From Lytechinus pictus (Eukaryota): DNA of 64,000 nt. The translations under genes and the position numbers were made by a program. The stretch spans positions 24,926,001-24,990,000 of the forward strand of contig NC_087245.1 in assembly GCF_037042905.1 (NCBI RefSeq), read 5' to 3'. The notes beneath the pieces are model-generated. The model saw only the letters and a program-made list of their open reading frames with translations, did not search any database and was not told the DNA's origin. Within the stretch, counting starts at the first letter, position 1. Each line of letters begins with the position of its first letter. This document shows, piece by piece, positions 13,800 through 25,800 of the stretch.

Positions 13800-13830
<31 letters not shown>

Positions 13831-14250
13831 CTATCCATCTGTCTTGTTTTCTCTCTTTCTCTTTTTCCGTCCATATATATCCATCTATCTATAACATCCC
13901 TCCCTCTCTCAAGTTCTCTCCCCCATCTATCTATCTATCTATCTATCTATCTTCTATCTATATTTATCTATCTGTGTAACTACAGTATCTATCTATCTGT
14001 TAATTTGTATATCTTCTCTGTCTCTCTCATTCTTTATCTATCTATCTAACATGTACCTACCTCTCAAATTCTCTATCTGTCTCTCCCCCCTCTATCTATC
14101 TATCCATCTGTCTGTCTTTCTCTATTTCTCTCTATCTATCTTCTATCTATCAATTTATCTAGCTATCTATGTAACTACAGTTTCTATTTATCTGTTAATT
14201 TGTCTATCTTCTCTGTCTCTCTCATTCTTTATCTATCTATCTAACATCTA

Positions 14251-14298
<48 letters not shown>

Positions 14299-14408
14299 CA
14301 TCTGTCTGTCTTTTTTTCTCTCTCTCTATTTTTCTTTATCCGTCCATATATCTTATCTATCTATCTATATATCTATAACATCTCTCCATCTCTCAAGTTC
14401 TCTCCCCC

Positions 14409-14455
<47 letters not shown>

Positions 14456-14935
14456 CATCTCTCTGTCTTTCCCTCTCTCTCTCTACTTCTATCTATCTAT
14501 TTATCTATATATCTATCTATCTATCTATGTCTCTATCTATTTATCAGTCTTCTATATCTTTCGGCATCTAAGTGTATCAATCCATCAAACTTCAATTTTC
14601 TTTATATTATATGTATCTGTTTATTTTTATTTTGTTTGTCATTCTATTCATTTAGTTAATAATTTATATTTAGAAAAAAAAACTTTTTCATAACTATTCA
14701 TTAAAAAAACGTAACTGCAAAAGCATGTTCGGATTTCACTCATATGACTGCTCTCTGTACATGAAGTGCCGAGGAACTCTATGCTCTGATCAGTAACTGT
14801 GCAGATTGCATGCGGTGGTGTGGGACTCGCCTGTGTCGCACGCTGCAACCAGCGACGTGTGTAGACTCTTCACTAGTCGCTTTGTGGCTATTTTTGCGGA
14901 AAATGCCTTCGCCAGGGTGTAAAACGGAAACGCGC
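12027..14935. mobile_element. 2.9-kb element bounded by 75-bp inverted repeats (possible Mutator/foldback derivative)
   Basis: 12027..12101 is the reverse complement of 14861..14935 with one mismatch. Flanks gcacgggat / gcacggcgc could be a decayed 9-bp TSD. Confidence 0.7.
12380..14600. repeat. (CTAT)n/(CT)n/(AT)n simple-repeat field with recurring gtaactacagtatcta units
   Basis: Seen directly; source of the low-complexity YLSI ORFs. Confidence 0.95.
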
Positions 14936-15212
14936 GCACGGCGCGGTACACATTGCCTCTGAGAATAGAATTGAAATCGTCGAGGACTATATAGACAAGA
15001 TGTAAAGTTGCAGGTGTGGCGATATGCATTATCAACGACCTACATGCATGAAACGATTTGATTCGCGGACACATGAATCAAGATTTGGAATCCATGGATA
15101 TTTTGCCACATTCTTGAGGGAATTTCTATTCCAACATGGAAGTACAGGAGAACTTAAAAATGCTCTGAAAAAAAATATTTCGTCCCTCAATGTTTAATCA
15201 TCTAAATCTACT

Positions 15213-15339
15213 ATGACCATGATCTTTGTTCGATGGATCGACGTTAAAGCGTTAACTTTTCTTGGGGTCACCGTATCTTTGATGATATATATTGTGATAT
15301 TGAACTATGGATCTTCCGTTTTATTCAATTATCATATCG
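15213..15339 (+). CDS. Sialyltransferase exon 1 (cytoplasmic tail and TM anchor)
   Basis: MTMIFVRWIDVKALTFLGVTVSLMIYIVILNYGSSVLFNYHI; G|gtaag donor, phase 1. Too short for the ORF track. Confidence 0.75.
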
Positions 15340-18300
15340 GTAAGCTGTATTCATGGTATGTCTAAATTATTTGTATGTGTGGAAATGTGTAGTTGCAACT
15401 TGTCTAAATAAAAAAATGTTCGGTAACGGAAAGGCAATAATATGAGCGACCGCCAACCGAGCAGAGAATTGGATTTCGTCACGGTCGGGGACATGGGAAT
15501 GCATTTTCAGTAGGATCTTTAAAAAATATATTTTTAGATAAATCTATACGCTCCTATTTTGCCTCAACGGTTATCATATCTTCAACGGTCAATCCATGGT
15601 CAATCGATCTTTTTTTTTCAAGCGTCGAGCAAATATCCCATAATGATGGTTTTACCGCGTCGGCCCCATATGTAAATGACAAGATGATTCGTTTAAGGTC
15701 AAGTCCGCCTCAACCAAATATGGCTACACAGAAAAATGATACGAACGTAATGTTGAAAATCGTGATATTTAAATGTTTTGCTTATTTTCACAAAATAGTT
15801 AAATGCCCAACACAGATAATATGCAAATGAATATGTGATGATAGCATACCATATGAATTGTATGTTTTGTTGTTTGATTGTAAATATTTACCTTAACCTT
15901 GAAAGGGCTGCATGGGCTATTTGAGATGTAATGAGGACTGGGGCATGATGCCCCCCCCCCCCCCCTTCTGATATCGGCCGCCGTTTGCGTGATTGCGTCG
16001 AAATTTGGCATGCACATTCTTTACAACATAAACTACAAGCCACTATTAAAAAAGTCCGAAAATACATATCATTTCATATATCATGAATAAAATATGCAAA
16101 TTTATCGTGAAAAATATAATTTGCATACTTAACATCCAGTTTCATTTCAATTTTTTTTGTCATCGTTGTTAAAATATTTAAAGATTTCCACAAAGAAAAA
16201 TTGCGAAAGCCAAATTTGTCCGTATGTATTTCATTGTTTTTTCATCTTTTGTTTGTCATTCAATTTTTTATGGAAATTTTTACAGAACGTTTAACAACTA
16301 AATCAAACCCTAAATCAATTAAGCAGACCAATTAGAATGAAAAATAATCACCCTTTTATGAATTTCATCTCCCATAGACTTTGTACACAAAGTATAAAAA
16401 TGAGCCATTTTCGGTAAGACATTCCGCCCTTTCACACGGTAAAAAATCGTAATTTGAATCACGATTCCAGTGAAAAATAAAGCTAATGACGAATATTTAG
16501 CACGTGTGAAATCAAACTAGTACATGAGTAAAATCACAAACGCTAATCACAGTCACGATTACAAAAGCAATCATATTAATTACAATGATGATTCAAGATT
16601 CACGTGTGAACTAGGCCCATTGTCTCCTAAAAAGTCACGTGGCGTCGCGACATAACTGTACATTACGAATTTGGTCTCAAAAGTTGCGCGAGACTTCAAA
16701 GAAAAAAAGCCTTAAAATGTTGCGCCTCTGTCTTTTCGCGTTATGGAAATATCGCGCGAAGCGTTGAGGGGCCCATTATGGCCCCTAATCCTTTAAGGGT
16801 TTGAGACATCTTAATTATATTTGTATGATCTTCTATACAATCAAATTCATGCAAATGATTTAGTATGTTTTATTACGTGAGGAATACAACACTAGATTTC
16901 ATGTGTTCCCCTCTATTTAACTATAAGCCCCCCCCCCAGCTCATTCATTGTATGCAAATTATTTCTACTTCGTACCATTATGATGAGTTATTGAGTTATT
17001 GATGATATATATGTTTTAATTGTGTATTTCATTATAATTATGTCGAAAATTGAGAAATTATATGAATAGATAAATATATATTCAAAAGAAATTAATAGTA
17101 ATGAAATGAAATAAATCTAATCTTATCTGCCATATATATACTTTTCATTTAATTCTTTTTTGCCATATTGATCAGACGCCATGCCTTACAAGAGGGCACC
17201 GATATTCGTTAAGTCGATTCTGAACAGCACAGTCGTTCAAGCGCTACGGTAAGTTGGAAGAAATTCAAATTGTAACGAAGATTATTTAATTTAAACATTG
17301 CTGTTATTCATGACGTACCACCAATAGGCCTGCATGTATTGGTGTTGGTGTTGGTGTTTTGTTTTTTATCTGGTAGCTAAGAAAGCATACTGCTTGCACG
17401 CTAGCAAACAGACGACCGAAGGCTTAAGTCCATTATCATTATTATTATCATAATTGTTATTATCGTTTTTGTTTTTGTCCTTATAATAATAAAAATGATG
17501 ATAATAATAAAATAATAATAATAAAAATAATAATTATGATGATGATGATAATAATAATAGTTATTATTATTATTATTATCATCATCATCATCATTTAGTC
17601 TTATTTATATAGGGTAGCCCCATCAGTGACATACACTTTTCTCCGAGAGAACCCTGTTACATGCAAAGATGCCAGCCGTTACGGAATATCAATCAGATGA
17701 GAAATTACAATGTGAATAACCAAACGGCTGAACCAAATATTTTTTTACGAGACAAAACATGTTAACAACAATTTTTCGCTCAGTCATTCAATCGGGAAGT
17801 AAACACTGAATTTACAATAGAAGACATCGCATTATATTCCGTAAGCATGGTAAGGGTTGGCAACTCTGTACATGTAAACACACAGATACAAAAAGCGGAG
17901 GACAACAAAAAATACAAAGGCAATAAAGTTCGCCGAGTTGTGTCTTAAATCTGGTGCTAAGGTCTACGAGCTTTCCAATATACTGAAATGAAATAAGAAT
18001 TGTAAGGTTGTTGCAGCCGCGGTGGTTAGAATATCATTCCAGAGAATTGAACAGTGTACTGATATCCTTTCCTTCCCCTTCTCTGTTTTACATTTTTGTA
18101 TGGTGATGCCATAACAGTAGTGTACGCAGGGGGGTTACAGGTATTCACCCAGCCCCCCTTCAATTTATTTTATATTCACCCCCCCCCCCCACCAAGAATT
18201 CAAAACCTCCACCCCCCTAAAATTTTGTTGAAGACCCTTTTTTTTTGCTTGTCAATTTTTTTTGGGGGTAGGAAACGCAAATATATCATTCAGCTTGAAC

Positions 18301-18691
18301 CCCCCCCCCCCTTCAAAAATACTGAGCACGCTACTGTTCCATAATAACTATACAATATGCAAATGTGTTTGATGCTTGAATAAAGATATGTATTATATAG
18401 AAATTTCTATCTCTCTTCCATTGAAAACCCCTACCCATCCTAACTTGTGAAACACTTCTTCAGTCGGGGTCGTATATAGTCCTATCTACTTGTAAGCTTA
18501 TTCGACTCATTCGAGCCATTCTTTCTCAAAACATTATGTCTTTTACGGCAAGTTACAATTGGACCACGCAGGACTACAATAATCAATTTGCAATGAGCAT
18601 TTTTTGGTAAGAAATGCCTGCTGAGAAGTAATATCTTAGTCTAAAATATCAATAGTTCTTCCTTAGGAAATAGGATTTTTTAGAGAGGCGG

Positions 18692-18724
<33 letters not shown>

Positions 18725-19827
18725 CATACATACATACATACATACATACACCCGTACCTACCCAGTTAAGCAAGATCATACCATTCATATTCATTCAAGT
18801 AATGTATCTCGCCATATATACTAATGACATCAGTTATAGATAAGGCATCCGATTTTCCTTATTTCACCCCTGCTGCTGCTCTTAATGAATCGGTTTATTT
18901 CCAATTCGTCCAAATGCCAATTCGTCCAATTGCCAACTCGTCTACTATCATTTGTTCTATCATCAGTCCGTATACTCACCACATGGTCTACTTTCATTTA
19001 GTCTATTGCCGTTTCGTCTAATAACCAGTTGACCCAATATCCATTTGGTCAATAAACCATTTGGTCTAATTAACCTTAAGTGTTTATTGTGCAAAATGAA
19101 TAAAAAGAAAATGGTTATTTGACCAACTGGTTATTAGACGAAATGGTAATAGACGAAATGGTGATTAGACGGAGTGATGATTGGACCAAATAGTTGTTAG
19201 ACGAAATGTTGATGGACGGAATGACATTAGACCAAATGAAGGTAGACCATGTGGTGAGTGGACGAGTTGGCAGTGGACGAATTGTCAATTTACCAATGAA
19301 TCCTAGCTTAATGTTGGAGGATTGTGTGATAAGATTGAAACCCCTGAATCTTTTTAAAAAAGTTACTAGTATGAAATGACAATTTTGCCACTGTGGAAAC
19401 CAAACTGGATAATGTTGACTTACCTAACCCTAACTATAAGATCGTAGCTAAAAATCGTCCAAAATTTAAACACAAATCAGGTGGCATTGAACTTTACACA
19501 TTTTTTAACGATTTTAGAGTCTAATATTGAGAATTGTCTGTGGCTTTTACTAAACAAAGCTACAGTGGTGTTAACAAGATAGTGAGCCCTACCAGAAAAT
19601 ACACTCCTTCATGCTGAGAGTTGAATGTATAGAAAACAACACTATATACAAAATGTTCGACAAGCCCAGAGAAATAAACTTTATTGAATGTGTTTTATCA
19701 CCTGACTTCACAATTAAACATCTAAACCATGTCAGAACTTGAACACTTGAAAAAAAAAAAAAAAAAAAAAAAAAAAAGGTCTTCAATAAAAAAAATTTAG
19801 GTTCTCGTACCATAAAATAATTTGACA

Positions 19828-19863
<36 letters not shown>

Positions 19864-22800
19864 CAGGCTCTTCAGGGGGGCATTAAAGGTCTTCAAGTTC
19901 GTCAGGGGGGCAAAAAAGGTATTTTAAGCTCGTCAGGGGGGGGCAGGTATATGTCTTTTGTATGGGTTGTGGCTCGTCAGGGGGGGCAGAGTGCCCCCTC
20001 TGCCCCCCCCCCCCCCCGTAGGTACGCTAGTGCGCACCACTGTTTATGTGGCTTCCAGCAATGCAGTTTATATCCCCCCAGAAGCTTCACATTATTCTAA
20101 TATTGATTTATTTGATGCTCTCGAAGCTAATATTATAGCCTACGATTTAGTAACCCTGCCAATATAGATCAGTAACATCCCAATTTGTTTATGTGGAGAC
20201 TTTAGTCCTGAAAATATTGATTCCTTTCTTATCTTTGATAGTTTGAATAGCATCAGTATTTAGACGCATTAATATACAGGGGTGGTATTCTGAAAACGTT
20301 CTTATCTTTGTTCTTATCTTTGTTCTTATCTCAATGAGATAAGAAGACGCTAAAATCATTGCAAATCGGTATTCTAAAAATCTTCTTATATTGATTCCTT
20401 TCTTATCTTTGATAGTTTGAATAGCATCAGTATTTAGACGCATTAATATACAGGGGTGGTATTCTGAAAACGTTCTTATCTTTGTTCTTATCTTTGTTCT
20501 TATCTCAATGAGATAAGAAGACGCTAAAATCATTGCAAATCGGTATTCTAAAAATCTTCTTATATTGATTCCTTTCTTATCTTTGATAGTTTGAATAGCA
20601 TCAGTATTTAGACGCATTAATATACAGGTCTCTAGAAACTGCATGCAAAAAAGGAACAAATATAGATTTGGCCATGGGTTAATCGAATTGTGTAAATACA
20701 CAAACCTATTTTTGGGCCTCTTTATCGCTAATGGCAGGTTGACGGGAGACCATGATGGAAAATATACTTGTAAAGATGCTAGTATTGTTGATTACTTTAT
20801 TATGTCCCCTGAGATCTTATGATAAATAAATTTGAAGTGCTCGATTTTGATCCGCGATTTTCTGACGCACACAATTTAGTTGAGGCTGCATTTAAACGTT
20901 TATACGCTGGGAACTTTAGTAGATGAGCCAAATCCAAAAGAGCATGAATTTAATAATATACCATCCAATATCAAATATAGCGACCTATTCTGGAACCCAA
21001 GCACAGATTAAAGCTCATTAATAATACAAATCTAGAACCAGCCAGTCAGCCACCCTTCTTGAGCAAAACTCTTAATTCCCTTTATGAAATATATATAGCT
21101 CTGGTGGATGAGACGGCCATTAAAGGTCAAGTCCACCTCGGAAATTTGTTGATTTTGATCAGTAGAGAAAAATCAGATAGGCATAATGCTAAAAATTTCA
21201 TCAAAATCGGATGTAAAATAAGAAAAATCATGACATTTTAAATTTTCGCTTATTTTTCCAAAAATATTCATGTGCACAATTTGTCACATGCAAATTAGAA
21301 ACTCGATGATGTCCCTCACTCACTGTTTTTTTTTTAGACAATATTGCAATTTTTACGGATTTGTCAATAAGGACCAACTTGACTGAACCATAAGATTTTA
21401 AACAACTTTACAAGTTTAGGGAGAAATAAAACTTTGTATTACAGGACAATGAGGAGAAAATTAGAATTAGTCATATTTCATATAATAAAATACAAAAGAA
21501 ACAGTAAGTGAGTGATGTCATCAGTTCCCTCATTTGCATATTCCGACCAGGATGAGCATATATTTTGTGAAATTAAGCGAAACTTGAAAATGTCATAACT
21601 TTTTTTATTTTAAATCCGATTTTGATGAAATTTTTAGTGTTATACTTTTCGGACTTTTCTCTTTTTATTCAAATAAACTTTTGGGGTTATTGACTTGTCC
21701 TTTAATGGAGCATTGGTTTCAATTAATAATCTTTTGTTAAACACAGCCAAAATTACTAAATGCTACCCATCAACTAATAATAAACCCAGAAAAGAGAAAA
21801 TAGTTTTTTTTTACCTTGGTATGACCACAGCTATTATAAAATGAGAAATAGACATAGAAATACAAAAAGATCATTAAAAAAAAACCAAAGACTGACTACA
21901 AAAGGCAAAATGATTCAATGGGGAAAAGGTAAAAAAAAATATTAAAAACAAAGATTCTTATTATAATGATCTCGCAAACTACGAAGTTTGAGACCTATAC
22001 TAAGCCTATAGGGATTTCTGAAAAATTCCCCAAGGCAATACTGACAATAAAAGTATAAAGATAGAGGCTAATTTTGCTGATCCACTCAACCACTTTAAGA
22101 ATTTAAATCAATCTTATGATATCTTCTACTCTCTTATATACAATCTCAAATTTTGATAATACCATCCATGATGTCTTTACTCTTCGTGAAGTGGAAAAGG
22201 CTATTAAAAATTGAAAAGGAACAAAGCTTGTGGTATAGATACTTCGGCGGTTAGTTATTCAACAAAGTAATCAATAATGGTAAATTTCCTTATGTTTGGG
22301 GTATTGGTGTTATAACTTTTATCTTAAAAAAAATAATGGTCCTGCTCAAAATCCTGGAAATTACTGAGGAATCTCGATTCTTAGCTGCATTGGCAAACGG
22401 TTCACTTTATTCTAAATGAGAGATTAACGAAACATATTGATTACTTTGGTATCTTAGGGGGGAGCCAAGTGGGATTCAGGCACAAATACTCAACCATTGA
22501 CCATTCTCTTTAAAATGCATTGTTGATATTTGTACAAGATTCCTAAATAAGAATTTTTTTGCGTTTTTATTGATTTTAAAAAGGCGTTTGATTCAGTAAG
22601 TAGAAACAAGTTGTGGTATAAATTGATTCTTTCTATTGTCTCTAATCTATACAAAAAAGCAAAATCCTGTATTAAACATCCAAGTAGTTTTATTTCAGAA
22701 ATATTCCCCTCAGTTAGGCGTTAGACAGGGTTATAATTTGTCGCCTCTCCTCTTCTCTCTTTATCAAAATTATCTTGAAACAGAGCTTAGTAGACAGAAT

Positions 22801-25800
22801 AAAGGCTTCTCGAACCTCTCAGACTTGATTGAGAATGAAATAGTATTTGATGATAGTGTGATCTATTTGAAACTGAATTCTCTCCTTTATGCAGATAATA
22901 CAATTATTAGTAAAGAAGATTTCCAAGTTGCTGAATACACTTGGTAAATAGTAGGCCTATACTGGGATCTCTATGTCAATATTTTTAAAACTAAAATCTT
23001 TGTATTTTCTAAAGGCAAAATCAGGAATATCCCTGAATTCATATTTCTAAAAAAGGCGATTGAAGTCACCTTCAAGTACAAATATTTTGGTGTTGTATTC
23101 AACTATAATGGTAATTTTAGCAAGACAAACAAGCTTCTTTGTGATTAAGGTACAAAGGCATGCAATGTATGCACTTAAAAGCAAATCGAGGAGACTAAAT
23201 CTCTCACTGTTACATCTGTTTGATTCTCTGGTTGTACCAATCCTATTTTAAGGGTGTAAATTTTGGGGGACTGTTAATACTCCTCCGATTAAAAAACTAT
23301 CTGAAATTTTGCGTGTTAAAAAAGCAACTCCATCTTGTATGATTTATCATGGCGAATTTGGTAGGGTTCCCTTTGGATACTCTTATAATTAAGAGTAGGT
23401 TATAGTTATTTGTTGGAGTAGAATAGAACATCCAGCATTTTGTATAAACTCTTATATTCATTGTATGTTAACAATGATTTTACTTAAAGTTGGCTGAAGC
23501 ATGTGCATAATATTTTAGATCACTATGGCCTTTCTTAATGGTTAAACAAAATAAAGTTATTCTGTCTCTGAACTTAAAAATAAGATTCACCAAAGATTCA
23601 ATGATCAATTCCGCCAAAACTGGTCCTTAGATATGTATCCAAAATTCAACGATTGCTGGAATTATCATATTTTTAAAACTACTCGTGAATTGGAAAATTA
23701 CCTAATTAACCCCCACCCCCTCTCTCTCACTCTTCGGAAACATTTATGTAAATTTAGAACTGGAAACCCAAGGCTCCCCATTGTAATTGGAAGATATGAC
23801 AACCCCCGAAAGACAGGGTATGCTCTTTCTGTGGATCAGGGATTGGTGATGAATTTCATTACATCTTTAAATGTAGCTATTTTAAATCAGAAAAGATCTT
23901 CTCTTTTCGACCTTTCCGTCGTAACCAGGTGTCCTAACATGACATGTCTCAACAATGCACACCCTCTTTAACTCTTATTTTCATGAAAAGCCTGGCTGCT
24001 TTCACCAAACTCAAGTCTTTTCGCTATAAAAACTTGTTCGGTTTTATTGTTTTATTCGTTGATGGTGTATGTATGTTAAACTCACGTTCATATTCAGTTC
24101 ACTTTGTTTTATTTTTTTTATCTCACAAAATATCAAATAACGTCCATCAAAAGACAGTTAATCATTAATGATGAAATAATACAATACATCACCATTATTC
24201 ATAATGAATAAGATAAAGGTTATACAATGAACGTTCAGATTGGGGACAAATATATCAATAAGATGAGGGTATGAAAGGAAAATTATTATTACTATTAATA
24301 AAATTGCAAGTAATTGTCAACTTGTTTTAGTATCAATATGCTAAAAGAAAAAGAGAAAGAGAAAAAAAAAGAAATAAAAAAATATATATATTCATACTCC
24401 TGTTCATATCACTGGCAGATCCGGGGGCACAGCCGGTCCATGCCCCCCCCCCCCCCTTTGAGAGCCATAATAAAAAATTGTAATGTAAATATACCGCTAT
24501 TACCCAAGTGTGCCCCCCCCCCCCCCTTTGAATGTGAAGACCTTTTTTGGGGGGATTTTCAAATTTTCCGCGGACGAAATGACCTCCTATTTTAGGTGAA
24601 AACCCTATTTTTTTTTGCTTGTCAAATTTTCATCGGACATATGCTCCCCCCCCCCCCCTGGAAAATACTGAATCCGCCCTTGGTTCATATTCGCTATGTT
24701 TACATTCCTTTATTTGCTTAAGGCTTCAATAAAACTTGCATTTTATTCATTGTATTGTTGTACAGTGGGCAGGGTCACGTAGCTGGTGTGTGAGCATAAT
24801 AATTATGTATGCGTGTATAGGGATGATTGGATCTGTGTGTTTGTTTGTGTGCGAGAGAATGAAGAGAGAGGGGGAGGGGGTCATCTGCTACTCCATTTTT
24901 TTGCCCATGTGGTCCGGTTGTGGTTTTTTTTTCTCTTCTCGAAAGTCGGTCTCTGTCCAGTCTCGGAGTCTCATCCCTGAAAGTTTAATATTTTTTTTTT
25001 TTAATCTGCCTTTTTTATTTATATCATTCCTTGAATGTTCCACGATTTTGGTTTAATCTCGTAATTGTAAATACTTTTATTTTTTTTTCTAAATAAAAAC
25101 TGTATATATATATTTAAAAAAAAAAGAAAAGGAAAAGATAGTGATGTGGATCTTGGTTATTTGGTAAACCATACTCATCTCAAAACCATGACTGGCCAAC
25201 AGAACTAGTCATAATTGAACCATTCGTTCGTAAATTTTCCTTTATTACTATTACTGCATGGTCACGTGATCGACTTCAGCCATTCATTTAATTAGAATCC
25301 ACATCGCCATTTTATTTACCCCTACTTCCCCCACGAGAGACACCAATTAGAAAGAAAGATAAAAAAAAACTTTAAACATGTTACCATGCACGAGAATTAT
25401 ATTCATGTGGGGGCGTCGTGGTCTTGTGGTTATGTCTTTGTCTCTCAATCTGAGGGACATGGGTTCGCTTCCCAGCCATGGCGTGTTTCCCTTCAGCACT
25501 CAACCCAGGTGAGGTGCATGGGTACCCGGTAAGAAGAAATTCCTTGAATGCTTTAGCACAGCTATAGCCGGAGTAATAATAGAAGCACCTTGTTATCCTC
25601 ATGCAAAAAGCGCTTTATAAATTCCAGATATTACTATTGTTATCATTATATTACTATTATTATTATTAATGATGATAATAATAATAATAATAATATACCT
25701 CTCTTTACCCCACGAGAGACACAAATTAGAAAGAAAGATTAAAAAAGAACTTTAAACATGTTACCATGCACGAGAATTATATTCATGTGGGGGCGTCGTG

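Noticed and set aside
13039..14659. ORFs of 109, 222 and 202 aa
   Set aside because: Translations of (CTAT)n/(CT)n repeats.
20189..20701. 170-aa ORF with an internal 58-aa repeat
   Set aside because: Consequence of the 174-bp tandem repeat in an intron; no recognisable domain.
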